From IMG/VR virus record IMGVR_UViG_3300025543_000015: DNA of 64,000 nucleotides, one strand, 5' to 3'. The notes under the pieces were generated by a model that saw only the letters and a program-made list of their open reading frames with translations, made no database searches and was not told where the DNA came from. Below, piece by piece: positions 1 to 10,886 of the stretch. This DNA is from an uncultured virus (IMG/VR IMGVR_UViG_3300025543_000015) (taxonomy: Duplodnaviria > Heunggongvirae > Uroviricota > Caudoviricetes > Crassvirales). Each line of letters opens with the position of its first letter. Within the stretch, counting starts at the first letter, position 1. Made by a program: the position numbers and the translations under genes.

Positions 1-2
1 GA

Positions 3-122
3 AACTACGCCGCAAGTCAGTTTTCATTATCTATAACAGGCAATCTTGTAAGTATTACAAATTCAACAGGAGCGTCTAATACATTTTTAGTATCGTGGTC
101 AAAGACAGCAGCATTTGCTTAA
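3..122 (+). CDS. 3' end of upstream gene (partial; possibly tail fibre C-terminus)
   Basis: Open frame NYAASQFSLSITGNLVSITNSTGASNTFLVSWSKTAAFA* ending TAA at 120-122, followed by a promoter. Confidence 0.5.
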   Translation, partial: NYAASQFSLSITGNLVSITNSTGASNTFLVSWSKTAAFA

Positions 123-152
123 TTTTAAAAACAAACTGTTAAATTAATTTTG

Positions 153-160
153 TATATTTG
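153..160 (+). promoter_or_regulatory. Bacteroidota sigma70 -7 box (TAnnTTTG)
   Basis: TATATTTG upstream of ORF 197. The same motif occurs on + at 495, 6481, 10163, 17589, 61404, 63094 and 63375, each just upstream of a gene start. Confidence 0.75.
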
Positions 161-196
161 CATAAATTATATAATTTAACTTAATTCAAAACAATT

Positions 197-412
197 ATGG
201 CAACAAAGAAGGTAACACCTAAAGAAGAAAAAACAACTATTACAAAAGAAGAGCAAGCTTTAATAGAGCAAGCTAGAGCAAACAAGCAGAGACAAAAAGA
301 CTGCTCAGAGGCAATAGTAGCAGTACTAGAAAAGTACAAGTGTGATATTGTTGTAAATCAAAACTCGCCTATAGGAAGACCGAGTATTATGATACAACTA
401 TTACAAGAATAA
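197..412 (+). CDS. hypothetical protein
   Basis: 71 aa ORF between promoter and terminator. Confidence 0.7.
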   Translation: MATKKVTPKEEKTTITKEEQALIEQARANKQRQKDCSEAIVAVLEKYKCDIVVNQNSPIGRPSIMIQLLQE

Positions 413-432
413 CAAAAACATGAATTTTTACT

Positions 433-465
433 AAAGGGATAACTTAACGGTTGTCCCTTTTTTTT
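433..465 (+). terminator. intrinsic terminator
   Basis: AAAGGGATAAC-TTAACG-GTTGTCCCTTT hairpin plus T-tract. Confidence 0.8.
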
Positions 466-526
466 GTATAAAATAACCGTGTCTTATAAATTCGTATTTT
501 TGTATTAAATTAAAATAAAAGTAAAT

Positions 527-772
527 ATGAAAATAATTAGAAAAATATCAGTTGGTAAAGACTACCCAAATGGTTCTATACACTACCAAGTAGGTAAGAG
601 AATGAACCTATTAGGAATAGATTATACAATAACCCTAATAGCTTTAGAAAAAGTTGAAGGAGATAAAGTTGGTTACAACATCTATATTTCAAATAAAGAC
701 GAAGGGATAATCCTTTGGAAGACGATTATAGACATGCCAATACATATTGAGAATGATATAACATTTGTGTAA
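527..772 (+). CDS. conserved phage hypothetical protein
   Basis: 81 aa ORF; stop overlaps the next start (TAATG). Confidence 0.75.
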   Translation: MKIIRKISVGKDYPNGSIHYQVGKRMNLLGIDYTITLIALEKVEGDKVGYNIYISNKDEGIILWKTIIDMPIHIENDITFV

Positions 773-1344
773 TGAAGACAATCAACTATATTATAGTAGA
801 GATTGATGAAGCTTACAAAAATGAAGTAGATGGGATAATCGTTAACTCTACAATAGAGAGCGTGGCTCACATCAACAGAATAGCTAAGGTTGTGGAAGCA
901 CCTAGCTTTACCATACTCAAAGAAGGTGATGAGGTGATTGTACACCACAACATGTTTAGGATGAGAAATGGTATGAAAGGTAAGAAAGTTAAAAGCGATT
1001 ATTACATAGAAGATAATAAATACTTCATACCTCTAACATTAGTGTTTGGATACAGAAGAGATGGTGGAGATTGGCAGGCTATAAAACCTTTTGTGTTTGT
1101 TAAGCCTATAGAGTTTGAGGAAGAAGAGGTAAATGGGTTCACTATCACAAAAGTGGAAAGCAATTCCCATAATGGGAACAAAAAATTAAGAGGTACAGTA
1201 AAGTTCCCAAATGATGAACTTTTAGCCCAAGGAGTAAAAGTAGGTGATGAGGTACTGTTCTCAGACTACAGTGAATATGAATTTAATATAGAAGGGGAAA
1301 CCCTCTACAAGATGTCAACAAAGGACATTTTAGCAGTACTATGA
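772..1344 (+). CDS. GroES-like co-chaperonin, tandem domains
   Basis: Two GroES-like segments (LKEGDEVIVHH; VKVGDEVLFSDYSEYEFNIEGETLYKMSTKDILAVL). Confidence 0.7.
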   Translation: MKTINYIIVEIDEAYKNEVDGIIVNSTIESVAHINRIAKVVEAPSFTILKEGDEVIVHHNMFRMRNGMKGKKVKSDYYIEDNKYFIPLTLVFGYRRDGGDWQAIKPFVFVKPIEFEEEEVNGFTITKVESNSHNGNKKLRGTVKFPNDELLAQGVKVGDEVLFSDYSEYEFNIEGETLYKMSTKDILAVL

Positions 1345-4019
1345 TAGGATTAAGTGATGATATAAAATTAGCGTTAGATACTATTATTGACGGTTTAGAG
1401 TATAAGTTTAGAGCTGATGACTTGGAAAACCCCGAGAAGATGCAGATTATAATGAAGTCTAAAGTGTCTTCATTTAATTCAGCTAAGGAGATATTGATGG
1501 TTTGGGCTAACTCCCCAAATTCCCCATCAACCTCAACGTTATTAGAGTATGTATCAGAGGTTGTAGATGCAGGTGATAAAGCTATGCTTACATTAAGGCA
1601 CGCTTTAAGACAGCCAATTGATTATGCTGAGCTAGATGCTGAGCGACACAACCAAGCTATCGCAGCTAAAGGGTTTATAGTAAACGCTGTTATGGACTTA
1701 AACAAGTCTTTAATAGATTTAAGAAATAAAAGGGATGAAGGAAACCTAGACTTAGCCGACAAGGAGTTTAGGTTAGGTTATCCCGAAGTCTTTGCAAAGG
1801 ATTCTAAATATAACATTAAGAATTATTTCAAAGGTTGGTACAATGAGGATACTGATGGTGTTAACATTTGTCCTTTCTCAACACAGGGAGAGACTGTTAT
1901 TCTACAGGATTTACACATTACACTTCCGGAAGTACCAAAAGATAAAACAAAAATACTTTTTCATGACCTGCCAAAAGCAGAGCAACATTGGAGAAGACAA
2001 CCTGCACCGGAGGAAATTAATCCGGATAATGTAGAACTGTGGGATGAGTTTATACGTGAAGAGTATAGAAGACGTAGAGAGGGATTATGGTTCTACAATA
2101 ATGGTACTCCTGTATTTTTAACAGGTAACCATTACTTTGCTTTACAGTGGTGTGTTATGCTAGATAACGGTGGTTATATGGATTTCCGTTATGCACAGCT
2201 TAATATGTTTTACCACATTGAGGCATGTATTGTTGATAAAAGATGTTTAGGTCAATTGTTTGTAAAGTCTAGACGTACAGGATTTACATATGCAGTACTA
2301 GCAGTTCTATTGAACCAATCTACTACTACAAGTAATGGTAAGTATGGTATGACATCTAAATCGGGAGATGACGTTCAAGAAGCGTTTGATAAATTCTCGT
2401 ATATGTTCTTATCTTTACCGTTCTATATAAGACCTGTCGTAAAAGGCAAGGAGGATAGCCCTAATGAGCTTTTCTTTGGTAAGCCATCGAATAACTCCAA
2501 GGAAGCTAAGAAAGCTCGTAATACAGGCGTAAAAGACTATTTAAACACTAATATAGACCATAGACCAACAAAGAATGATTCTTATGACTCCGTTAAGTTA
2601 AATGGTTATTTAGGGGATGAGGCAGCTAAGTGGATGAAACCCCATGATTATATTGTCCATTTAGGTATGGTAGCTCCAACGATGATGCCAAACGGTAAGG
2701 TAGTTGGTAAAGCTTACATAGGTTCAACTATGGGCTCAAGAGCTAAAGGTGGTGACCAATATGTAGAGCTTATAAATGGTTCTATGGTTAAAAATAGAAA
2801 TCAAACAACGCAGAAGACAGCTACAGGATTATACATGTACTTCTTACCTGCACAAGATAACATGGAGGAGTACACAGATAAGTATGGTTTCTGCCACACT
2901 GTTAAACCTAAAGGTACACTGTACAACCTTAGTGGTGAATTAATAAAAATTGGTTCTATTGACTATTTATTAGCAGTAGAAGAGCAAAAGAAAAATCAGT
3001 CAGATAAAGCTCTTAACGAACAGTTAAGAACATATCCAAGGACTTTAGAGCATGCACTTAGAGATGAAGACTCTAGTTGTATGTTTAATATAAACAAGTT
3101 GTACGAGCAGATAGATTACAATGACAGCCAACCGGATGAGTCCTTGTTTACTACAGGAAACTTTAGATGGAAGAATAATGAGGTTGATTCAGATGTAGAG
3201 TTCTATCCGGATGATAATGGAAGATTCAAGATTTCTTGGATGCCATCAAAAGTAGATAATACTGAGCACCTAAGAAATAATGTTAAGAAGATTGGAGATA
3301 AATACTTCCCACTTAATTTAGAGTGTGTTAGGTTTGGGTGTGACCCGTTCTCATTAAAATCTACCCATGGTAAGGGCTCTAAAGGGGGTCTTCATGGTAA
3401 GACTGTAATAAGTCCCGAAGGTGGAGCACCTTCCAATAAGTTTGTAGTAGAGTATTTAGCTCGACCTGCAGATGAAACTATATTCTTTGAAGACGTTATA
3501 ATGTGCTGTAGATTTTATGGAGCACCTATATTAGTTGAGTCTAACAGAATCGACTTACTACGTCACATGAGAAATAGGGGTTATAGAGGATTTGCTATGG
3601 ATAGGTTAGATAGACCTAAAAAGATGTTAAATCCAAATGAAAAGGAATATGGTGGACAGGTAATGTCAAGTAAAGATATACTAGACTCACACATGAATGC
3701 TATAGGACTTTGGGTTGAAAACTATGTGGGTGTCTATAATGACGAGGATAAAATGGTTAGACCTCTAGGAGAGATTGGGGAGATGCCATTCCAAGAAACA
3801 TTAAAGGATTGGCTAGCATTTAATCCGGACAAAAGAACCGAGTATGATGCAACAATCTCTAGTGGATTAGCTATAATGGCTTGTCACACAGAAAGATACA
3901 AGGGTACTAAAGAACCCCCAAAGAGAACATATGTTAAGTCATTATTAAAGAAATACAACAATAAAGGGTCTGTAGGCTCATTAATACATCAGAAAACAAT
4001 TAAAAATTATGCGAAATAA
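1341..4019 (+). CDS. terL: terminase large subunit with N-terminal extension
   Basis: Walker A-like VKSRRTGFT, Walker B YLGDEAAKW, nuclease FGCDPFS and EYDATISSGLA; directly upstream of the portal gene. Confidence 0.9.
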   Translation: MIGLSDDIKLALDTIIDGLEYKFRADDLENPEKMQIIMKSKVSSFNSAKEILMVWANSPNSPSTSTLLEYVSEVVDAGDKAMLTLRHALRQPIDYAELDAERHNQAIAAKGFIVNAVMDLNKSLIDLRNKRDEGNLDLADKEFRLGYPEVFAKDSKYNIKNYFKGWYNEDTDGVNICPFSTQGETVILQDLHITLPEVPKDKTKILFHDLPKAEQHWRRQPAPEEINPDNVELWDEFIREEYRRRREGLWFYNNGTPVFLTGNHYFALQWCVMLDNGGYMDFRYAQLNMFYHIEACIVDKRCLGQLFVKSRRTGFTYAVLAVLLNQSTTTSNGKYGMTSKSGDDVQEAFDKFSYMFLSLPFYIRPVVKGKEDSPNELFFGKPSNNSKEAKKARNTGVKDYLNTNIDHRPTKNDSYDSVKLNGYLGDEAAKWMKPHDYIVHLGMVAPTMMPNGKVVGKAYIGSTMGSRAKGGDQYVELINGSMVKNRNQTTQKTATGLYMYFLPAQDNMEEYTDKYGFCHTVKPKGTLYNLSGELIKIGSIDYLLAVEEQKKNQSDKALNEQLRTYPRTLEHALRDEDSSCMFNINKLYEQIDYNDSQPDESLFTTGNFRWKNNEVDSDVEFYPDDNGRFKISWMPSKVDNTEHLRNNVKKIGDKYFPLNLECVRFGCDPFSLKSTHGKGSKGGLHGKTVISPEGGAPSNKFVVEYLARPADETIFFEDVIMCCRFYGAPILVESNRIDLLRHMRNRGYRGFAMDRLDRPKKMLNPNEKEYGGQVMSSKDILDSHMNAIGLWVENYVGVYNDEDKMVRPLGEIGEMPFQETLKDWLAFNPDKRTEYDATISSGLAIMACHTERYKGTKEPPKRTYVKSLLKKYNNKGSVGSLIHQKTIKNYAK

Positions 4020-6456
4020 TAAAAAGGCTATCCTTAGAAAAACTGCTTATCCTAATCCACTTGCTCCGGATGAGGAAAAAAGAACGGAGGACTATGGTTT
4101 ACAAATGGCTAAAGCTATTGAATACGAATGGTGGCACAGACCCGAAGAAGGTAATTCAAGCTTCTACGATAAGAGGGATGTATACCATAATCTAAGGTTA
4201 TATGCTAGAGGTGAGCAAGATACTAAGCTATATAAAGATTTAATCACAGGTGGTGATGAAGAGTCTTACAGTAACTATGATTGGAGACCACTTCAAATAA
4301 TACCTAAGTTTGTGAAACTTTTATCTAATCAGATGACAGAGAGGTTATTTGATATTAAGGCAGAAGCTGTTGATAAATTCTCTACAAACTTGAAGGATGA
4401 CTACAAGAAGAATTTACAAAACTTAATGGATACACTCCCTGTTATGAAAGCTGCAGAGCAAGCTTTAGGGGTAGCTGTAGTTCCTAACGGTTTAGAAAAT
4501 GATATACCCGACAATGAGGAAGAGTTGGATTTATTCATGAAGCTTAAATATAAACCTGCTATAGAGATTGCATCGGAAGAGGCACTTAAATATACACTAG
4601 ACTTAAATGACTATGACGAGACCCAAGCTAGGGTTATTGAAGATGTAGCTACTTTAGGTATTGGTAGTATCAAACATAAGACTGACCCTACTAAAGGTAT
4701 TTTAGTTGATTGGGTTGACCCTGCAGATTGCGTGTACTCATTTCCAAAGCATAGAAACTTTAAGCAAGTTCACTACTATGGTGAGGTTGAAAGAATTACA
4801 GTCAATGAACTGAAAAGACAGTCTATGGGCAAGTTCACAGATGAGCAGCTATTAGACATAGTAAAAGGTACTTCTGAATGGAATAAGTATCACAATACAG
4901 GAAACAACGTTAGCTACAAACAAGATGATTTAGGTGGTGTAATGGTTGACATCCTTAACTTTACATATAAATCTACCAAGACTATTTCATACAAAAAGAA
5001 ATATACAAAGAATGGTGGGTTTAAAATGACTAAGAAGGAGAGTACATTTAAAAAACCTAATGCAAACTACGATGGTTATGATGTAGTTAAAAAAGTTATA
5101 GATGTATGGTATGAAGGTATATTAATACTTGGTACTGAGCATATATACAATTATAAATTATGTGAGAATATGATTAGACCAAAGGGTAATCTAAGTAAGA
5201 CTATCCCTAACTATATTTTCTATGCTCCGGATTTATATCAAAATAGAACAAAAAGTCTTGTAGGTAATATTATACCTTACGTAGACCAAATGCAACAAAT
5301 ACATATCAAGCTACAACAATTAATAGCCAAGGCTCGTCCTAATGGTGTATTTATTGATGTGGATGGATTATCTGAGATAGCTCTAGGAGATGGTAGTTTC
5401 TTAACACCACTTGAAGTAATCAAGATTTATGATGATACAGGTAACGTACTAGGTACATCAAAAGATAACTCCGGAGATTACAACTATGGTAAAGAACCAA
5501 TAAGAGAATTAAAGAATGGTATCGTAGAAGGATTGGATAGATTAATCAGTGCGTATAATCACTATCTTAACCTACTAAGAGATGCTATAGGTATACCTCA
5601 AGGAGCAGATGCTTCTGCACCTCACCCAAAAATGGCAGTGGGAGTCCAAGAGCAATTGGCTACTAGCTCCAACACAGCTACTCGTCACATACTAGATTCA
5701 GTTCTAAACATGACTGAGAGGTTGGGTGAAGGTCTTGCATTAAGACTTAAGGATATATTTGAGTATTCAGATTTAAAAGAGGCATACATCAATGCTATCG
5801 GTAAAGTCAATATGACAACATTAGAAGCTCTTAAGAAGTATCACCTACACGATTTAGGTATAATCATTGAGCTTAAGCCGGATGCACAAGAGAAACAATT
5901 CTTAGAACAAAATATACAAGCTGCACTTACTAAAGATTTAATTACACTAGATGATGCTATAGATGTTAGAACAATAGGAAACATCAAATTGGCAAATCAA
6001 CTATTAAAAATTAGAAGAGCTAAAAGAGAGAAAGACAGAAATGAAGCAGAGCTTGCTAAGATTGAGAAGAATAATGAAGGTCAATTAAAAATAACACAAG
6101 CTGCAGCACAAGCTAAGCAACAAGAAATCCAAGCACAGATACAATCTAAGTTAGCTGAAATAGAAGCCAAAACAAATGGTAAAGTTAAAGAGATAGGTGC
6201 TGAGGAACAGTCTAAAATGAGGTTGATGGAGAAAGAGTTCCAATACAATATGACCTTAAAAGGTGCTGAGCAAGATGTTATAAACGAACACAAACAATAC
6301 GACAACGACAGGAAAGATGCTAGACAGAGAGAACAAAACTCTGCTACATCTAAAATAGCTGAACAAAAACAGTTTGCAAAACCTGCTATGAACTTTGAGT
6401 CTGCGAATGACACAATTTCCGGAAGCATTGGTATGGAAGACGTTGATGTATCGTAA
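4009..6456 (+). CDS. portal protein
   Basis: 815 aa after terL; crAss-like portal features (IIPKFV..L, YYGEV, coiled-coil C-terminus). Confidence 0.85.
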   Translation: MRNNKKAILRKTAYPNPLAPDEEKRTEDYGLQMAKAIEYEWWHRPEEGNSSFYDKRDVYHNLRLYARGEQDTKLYKDLITGGDEESYSNYDWRPLQIIPKFVKLLSNQMTERLFDIKAEAVDKFSTNLKDDYKKNLQNLMDTLPVMKAAEQALGVAVVPNGLENDIPDNEEELDLFMKLKYKPAIEIASEEALKYTLDLNDYDETQARVIEDVATLGIGSIKHKTDPTKGILVDWVDPADCVYSFPKHRNFKQVHYYGEVERITVNELKRQSMGKFTDEQLLDIVKGTSEWNKYHNTGNNVSYKQDDLGGVMVDILNFTYKSTKTISYKKKYTKNGGFKMTKKESTFKKPNANYDGYDVVKKVIDVWYEGILILGTEHIYNYKLCENMIRPKGNLSKTIPNYIFYAPDLYQNRTKSLVGNIIPYVDQMQQIHIKLQQLIAKARPNGVFIDVDGLSEIALGDGSFLTPLEVIKIYDDTGNVLGTSKDNSGDYNYGKEPIRELKNGIVEGLDRLISAYNHYLNLLRDAIGIPQGADASAPHPKMAVGVQEQLATSSNTATRHILDSVLNMTERLGEGLALRLKDIFEYSDLKEAYINAIGKVNMTTLEALKKYHLHDLGIIIELKPDAQEKQFLEQNIQAALTKDLITLDDAIDVRTIGNIKLANQLLKIRRAKREKDRNEAELAKIEKNNEGQLKITQAAAQAKQQEIQAQIQSKLAEIEAKTNGKVKEIGAEEQSKMRLMEKEFQYNMTLKGAEQDVINEHKQYDNDRKDARQREQNSATSKIAEQKQFAKPAMNFESANDTISGSIGMEDVDVS

Positions 6457-6526
6457 AAATTGACCATACGATATTTTTCGTATATTTGCAAGTAATAAAA
6501 GTTAAATAAAATATAAAACGTACATT

Positions 6527-7762
6527 ATGAAAATAGGAGGATACAAAAACAATCCGGACTCAAGTCAAACAATTGATTTAACACCGGAAGTTAAGGACAC
6601 AAGTGACACAGCAGCAGAGCCAAAGGTGGAAGCACCTGCAGCAGAACCGAAAGTAGAGTCACAGCCCGAACCAACTAGTCAACCCGAGATACAAGATACT
6701 TCGAAAGAAATTCAAGTAACAGGAGAGTTTGACGAACCAAAAACAACTGAAACTGCTCAGAAGGCAGGTGAGGATAAAAGTTCTTTAAATACTGAAGACG
6801 AACCAACAGCTACCGTTGAGGTAGATGAGCCTAAGAAGGAAGCTCCTGTAGAAATTAGTGATGAGTTACATCTTAAATACCTAAGCGAGAAGCTAGGTAG
6901 AGAGATTAAAAGCTTAGATGACCTTACCCCTGCAGAAGCAACAAACCCATTAGACTCTGACCCATACCTAAAAGGATTAGCCGAGTGGAGAGAAAAAACA
7001 GGAAGACCAATCGAGGATTGGGTTAAGTTCCAAAAAGATTACACAAAGGTGTCCGATGAGCAAGTGGCAAGAGAGTTTCTGCAACTGCAATATCCGGAAT
7101 TAACACCCGAAGAAATCAATTTAGAAGTTAATCGTAAATACTTATCATCTGAGGATGATTTCGATGATGACAAAGATATTAAGAATCTAGAGCTTAAGAA
7201 GATTGCATCGCAAGGTCGTAAAGAGTTACAGAAGTTAGTTTCTGATTTAGGTAATCCAACCCCTGCTAATTACACTCCCGAGGTTCAACAAGACTTAGAT
7301 TTAGCTAAGCAATACAAAACTTTGGTCAAACAAAATGAGGATGCTAATAAACAGTATAATCAAAACATTGTTTCCAAAGCTAGTGAGTTAAAATCAATTA
7401 AATTGGATTTAGCTGATGGTGTATCGCTTGACTTTAAGTTGCCGGAAGGCTCAGACAAAAATCTAGTGAACCATATTAATAACGCCCCTAGTTGGAAGAC
7501 TGAGGACGGTAATTGGAATCACGAAGCTATTGTTAGAGATACTGCAATTATATCTAACTTCGAGAATATGCTTAAACTTGCCTATGAGCAAGGAAAGAAC
7601 TCCGGAGCTGACGATGTAATTAAAGAGGCAAAAAACACCACGTTGGATAGCAAGTCATCAAGTGACTCAGCTTTACCGAACCAAAACAGTGGAGTACAAA
7701 TCGAAGGTCTTGATAATTATTTAGGTAAGAGAGGAATGAGTATTATCCGAGGTAAAAGATAA
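6527..7762 (+). CDS. scaffolding/capsid assembly protein (putative)
   Basis: Acidic Pro/Glu-rich N-terminus; lies between portal and MCP; AYEQGK motif. Confidence 0.6.
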   Translation: MKIGGYKNNPDSSQTIDLTPEVKDTSDTAAEPKVEAPAAEPKVESQPEPTSQPEIQDTSKEIQVTGEFDEPKTTETAQKAGEDKSSLNTEDEPTATVEVDEPKKEAPVEISDELHLKYLSEKLGREIKSLDDLTPAEATNPLDSDPYLKGLAEWREKTGRPIEDWVKFQKDYTKVSDEQVAREFLQLQYPELTPEEINLEVNRKYLSSEDDFDDDKDIKNLELKKIASQGRKELQKLVSDLGNPTPANYTPEVQQDLDLAKQYKTLVKQNEDANKQYNQNIVSKASELKSIKLDLADGVSLDFKLPEGSDKNLVNHINNAPSWKTEDGNWNHEAIVRDTAIISNFENMLKLAYEQGKNSGADDVIKEAKNTTLDSKSSSDSALPNQNSGVQIEGLDNYLGKRGMSIIRGKR

Positions 7763-7794
7763 TAACAATAATTAATATATACAATTTATAAATC

Positions 7795-9150
7795 ATGGCA
7801 TTAAACGTATCACCTAGTGCAAAGGTAACACCTACAAGCACTAAGGCAGTCTTAAAGACTAACTATATATCATTGTTTGACTATTCGAGCCAAGAAGCTC
7901 CGGAGACTCACGATGAAATCGCTACCATTTATGGTAAGCAATCTGTATCGGGTATGCTTTACATGTTAGGTGCAGAAGCAGGCTTCGCATCTGATAAAGT
8001 AATATGGACAGAAGAAGGACGTTTACATACAGTTTACACTGATGTAACTCGTTCCGGAGCTGTTTTCACTAAAGCAGGACACGTATTTAGATTAAACGAA
8101 ACAGTACACATCTCTGATGCAACTGTTAAACGTAGAGGTATCATTACAGCAATCGACGATGCTGCAGGAACATTTACAGTAGCTCCTTACAAATCTGCAG
8201 GATTCACTGCATTAGGAACAACTGCATTAACTGTATTCGTTGATGGTTCTGAATACCACAAAGGTACAAACGGAGCTCAAGGTTCATTAGAAACTGACTT
8301 CACAATCTTAGACAACAAGCCTATCATCTTGAAAGATAAGTATGAAGTTAACGGTTCTGATGCAACTCAAATCGGATGGGTAAAAACTTCTAACGGTGGG
8401 TACTTATGGTACTTAGAGTCTGAAAAAGACACACGTAGACGTTGGGAAGATAGATTAGAGACTTCTTTAATCTTAGGAGAAAAAGCCGAAAATGGTTCAG
8501 CAGCTCAAATTGCAGGATATGACGGTACAGAAGGTTTCTTTGAAGCAGTAAGAACTAGAGGTAACTCTTACGCAGGTATTATGTCAGCTCTTGCTGATGT
8601 TGACACTGTTGTAAAACGTTTCGATGCTCAAGGGAAAATTCAAGATTACATGTTCTATTGTGACCGTGACCAATCATTAGCAATTGATAACCTTTTAGGG
8701 ACATTGAATGCAGGTTACTCCGGAGGTATCTCTTACGGTATGTTCGATAACGATAAGGATATGGCTGTAAACTTAGGTTTCAAAGGTTTCACAAGAGGTT
8801 CATACAACTTCTTCAAAACTGATTGGAAATTACTTAATGACCCTACTCTTTTAGGAGCAGTAGCTGCAGCAGCAGGTAAAATCCGTGGAGCTTTAATTCC
8901 TGTTGGAACTAAAGAAGTTTACGAAGGTGAGTACAACGGTAAAGGTGGAGGTGAGAAAATCACTGTACCATTCTTACAACAAAAGTATCGTGTAGCCGGT
9001 GCTGAAAACAGAAAATACAAAACTTGGGTAACAGGTACTGTTGGAGGTGTTTACACAGATGACGAGGATGTAATGAAAGTTCATCACTTATCAGAAAGAA
9101 TGCTTTGTACTACAGGAGCAAACAACTTCATGATTTTCGAAGGGGCATAG
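7795..9150 (+). CDS. major capsid protein
   Basis: 451 aa; strongly biased codon usage; WTEEGRLH, GTEGFF and HHLSERMLC motifs typical of crAss-like MCPs; strong terminator follows. Confidence 0.85.
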   Translation: MALNVSPSAKVTPTSTKAVLKTNYISLFDYSSQEAPETHDEIATIYGKQSVSGMLYMLGAEAGFASDKVIWTEEGRLHTVYTDVTRSGAVFTKAGHVFRLNETVHISDATVKRRGIITAIDDAAGTFTVAPYKSAGFTALGTTALTVFVDGSEYHKGTNGAQGSLETDFTILDNKPIILKDKYEVNGSDATQIGWVKTSNGGYLWYLESEKDTRRRWEDRLETSLILGEKAENGSAAQIAGYDGTEGFFEAVRTRGNSYAGIMSALADVDTVVKRFDAQGKIQDYMFYCDRDQSLAIDNLLGTLNAGYSGGISYGMFDNDKDMAVNLGFKGFTRGSYNFFKTDWKLLNDPTLLGAVAAAAGKIRGALIPVGTKEVYEGEYNGKGGGEKITVPFLQQKYRVAGAENRKYKTWVTGTVGGVYTDDEDVMKVHHLSERMLCTTGANNFMIFEGA

Positions 9151-9166
9151 TAGTAATATAATTACC

Positions 9167-9200
9167 AAAAAGGGATGGGTTTCAAATCCTATCCCTTTTT
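9167..9200 (+). terminator. intrinsic terminator
   Basis: AAAAGGGATGGG...CCTATCCCTTTTT. Confidence 0.8.
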
Positions 9201-9236
9201 ATTTTTAATAACAATTTTAATTTAATATAGAATATA

Positions 9237-10073
9237 ATGGCAACAAAAGAAGCAGCAGTTAAACCTGCACAAAAGAAAGAGGCTAAAGTTACATCACCTC
9301 AAAAAAAGTATGTAGCAAAAGAGTACCGTTTAGCTGATGACCGTTCCGGTTTATCTCACATAGTTAAAATAGGGAGAGAAAGAAACCTTTTGGTTTTTGA
9401 TGAAGAGAAAGGTTTTAGTAGACCTATCAGACACTGCCCGAGTGAGAAATCAATATTTATAGATGAACAGTCAGAACACGCTCTAATAGAGCCTATCATC
9501 TTTATGTATGGATATTTACTTGTACCTAGAGAAGCACAACTAACACAGCAGTTCCTTGATGCAAGTCCGGAGAATGTTGCAAATGGTGGAACATGGTATG
9601 AAGAAGTAAATGATGAGAAAGAGGCAGAACAAGATTTAGTAATTGATGACCTTAAAATTGACCTATACAATGCAGTTCGTGAAAAAATTGCAGAAGAGGA
9701 TGGTATATACGAACTAGAGGCTGTAGTAGCTGTTCTAGAGAATAATGTACAGGAAGTTTCAACTATGTCAGAGTCATCATTAAAAAGAAGAATATACCAA
9801 GAGATAGAGAACAACCCTCTATATTTTGCAGATGATAACTTCAAAGTAACAATCTTCGAAGACGATTATATCAATAGAAAATACTTTGTACTACGTGCAA
9901 TTAAGGAAGCTATTATAATGAAATCTCCTAACAATAAGTCAATACTTTGGGTTAGAGATAAAAAGACTATAGCAACTGCACCTAGGGGATTAGAGTTAGT
10001 AGAATACTTTGCTGACTTCCTAGGAACAGAGGATGGCATGTTAGTTGGTGAGGAGATTAAGAGACGAAGCTAG
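9237..10073 (+). CDS. conserved hypothetical protein (structural module)
   Basis: 278 aa ORF directly after the MCP. Confidence 0.7.
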   Translation: MATKEAAVKPAQKKEAKVTSPQKKYVAKEYRLADDRSGLSHIVKIGRERNLLVFDEEKGFSRPIRHCPSEKSIFIDEQSEHALIEPIIFMYGYLLVPREAQLTQQFLDASPENVANGGTWYEEVNDEKEAEQDLVIDDLKIDLYNAVREKIAEEDGIYELEAVVAVLENNVQEVSTMSESSLKRRIYQEIENNPLYFADDNFKVTIFEDDYINRKYFVLRAIKEAIIMKSPNNKSILWVRDKKTIATAPRGLELVEYFADFLGTEDGMLVGEEIKRRS

Positions 10074-10112
10074 TATATCTTATTGACCATGTGTCAAAAA
10101 AAAAAAGAAACG

Positions 10113-10143
10113 AAGACCCTGCAATTGATATTGTGGGGTTTTT
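10113..10143 (+). terminator. intrinsic terminator
   Basis: AAGACCCTGCAAT...ATTGTGGGGTTTTT. Confidence 0.7.
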
Positions 10144-10190
10144 GTTGCTTCCTATTTTTTAGTATCTTTGTAACACTAAAAACATAAAAT

Positions 10191-10886
10191 ATGATTGATA
10201 CAATTTATAAAGTACTATTGACTATAATGAATAAAGAAAACCAAGGATATATTTCACCCGAGGAATTTAATCTATTAGCTATCAATGTACAAAATGAAAT
10301 CTTTAGGGGTTACTTTAATGACAGTAACTCAGCACAAAACAAACAAAACAGGGGTTTAACCAATAGGGGTTATGGAAATCAATCAGCTCAATCTAAAGCT
10401 GATATAAGCAGGTTTGCTACAGATGATGACTTAACAGTTACAGCAGGTATAGCAACTCTACCCACTAATCTATATGAAATAGAAGACAGGGGAGTATCTA
10501 CAAATGGTGGTGTACTTATAGAAGTGGTGGATAGAAATGATATTGTCACACTGCTTAGAACAGAAGCAGCACCCACGGTCTTGTATCCTATATTTGAATA
10601 CAGAGGAAATGATACAATAAAAGTTTACCCTACCACTATCACGAACATAAATGTTAGATATATAAGAAAACCATTAGACCCAAAATGGACTTATACAATT
10701 GTATCTAACAAAGAATTATATGACCCAAGTAACGGGTCTTTCCAAGATTTTGAACTAGATTACTCAGAGTTCTCAAATATAGTATTAAGGATGCTTTCAT
10801 TCTTTGGTATTAATTTAAGAGAGGCAGAAGTAGTGCAAGTAGCAGAAGGGTTAAAGGATAAAATGAACTTAAAAGATAGCCAATAA
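10191..10886 (+). CDS. head-tail adaptor/ring protein (putative)
   Basis: GYISPEEFN and YIRKPLDPKW motifs; position in the structural module. Confidence 0.6.
   Translation: MIDTIYKVLLTIMNKENQGYISPEEFNLLAINVQNEIFRGYFNDSNSAQNKQNRGLTNRGYGNQSAQSKADISRFATDDDLTVTAGIATLPTNLYEIEDRGVSTNGGVLIEVVDRNDIVTLLRTEAAPTVLYPIFEYRGNDTIKVYPTTITNINVRYIRKPLDPKWTYTIVSNKELYDPSNGSFQDFELDYSEFSNIVLRMLSFFGINLREAEVVQVAEGLKDKMNLKDSQ

Noticed and set aside
10096..10106. A11 homopolymer as a phase-variation switch
   Set aside because: It is intergenic, next to a terminator, and not within a gene or promoter spacer.
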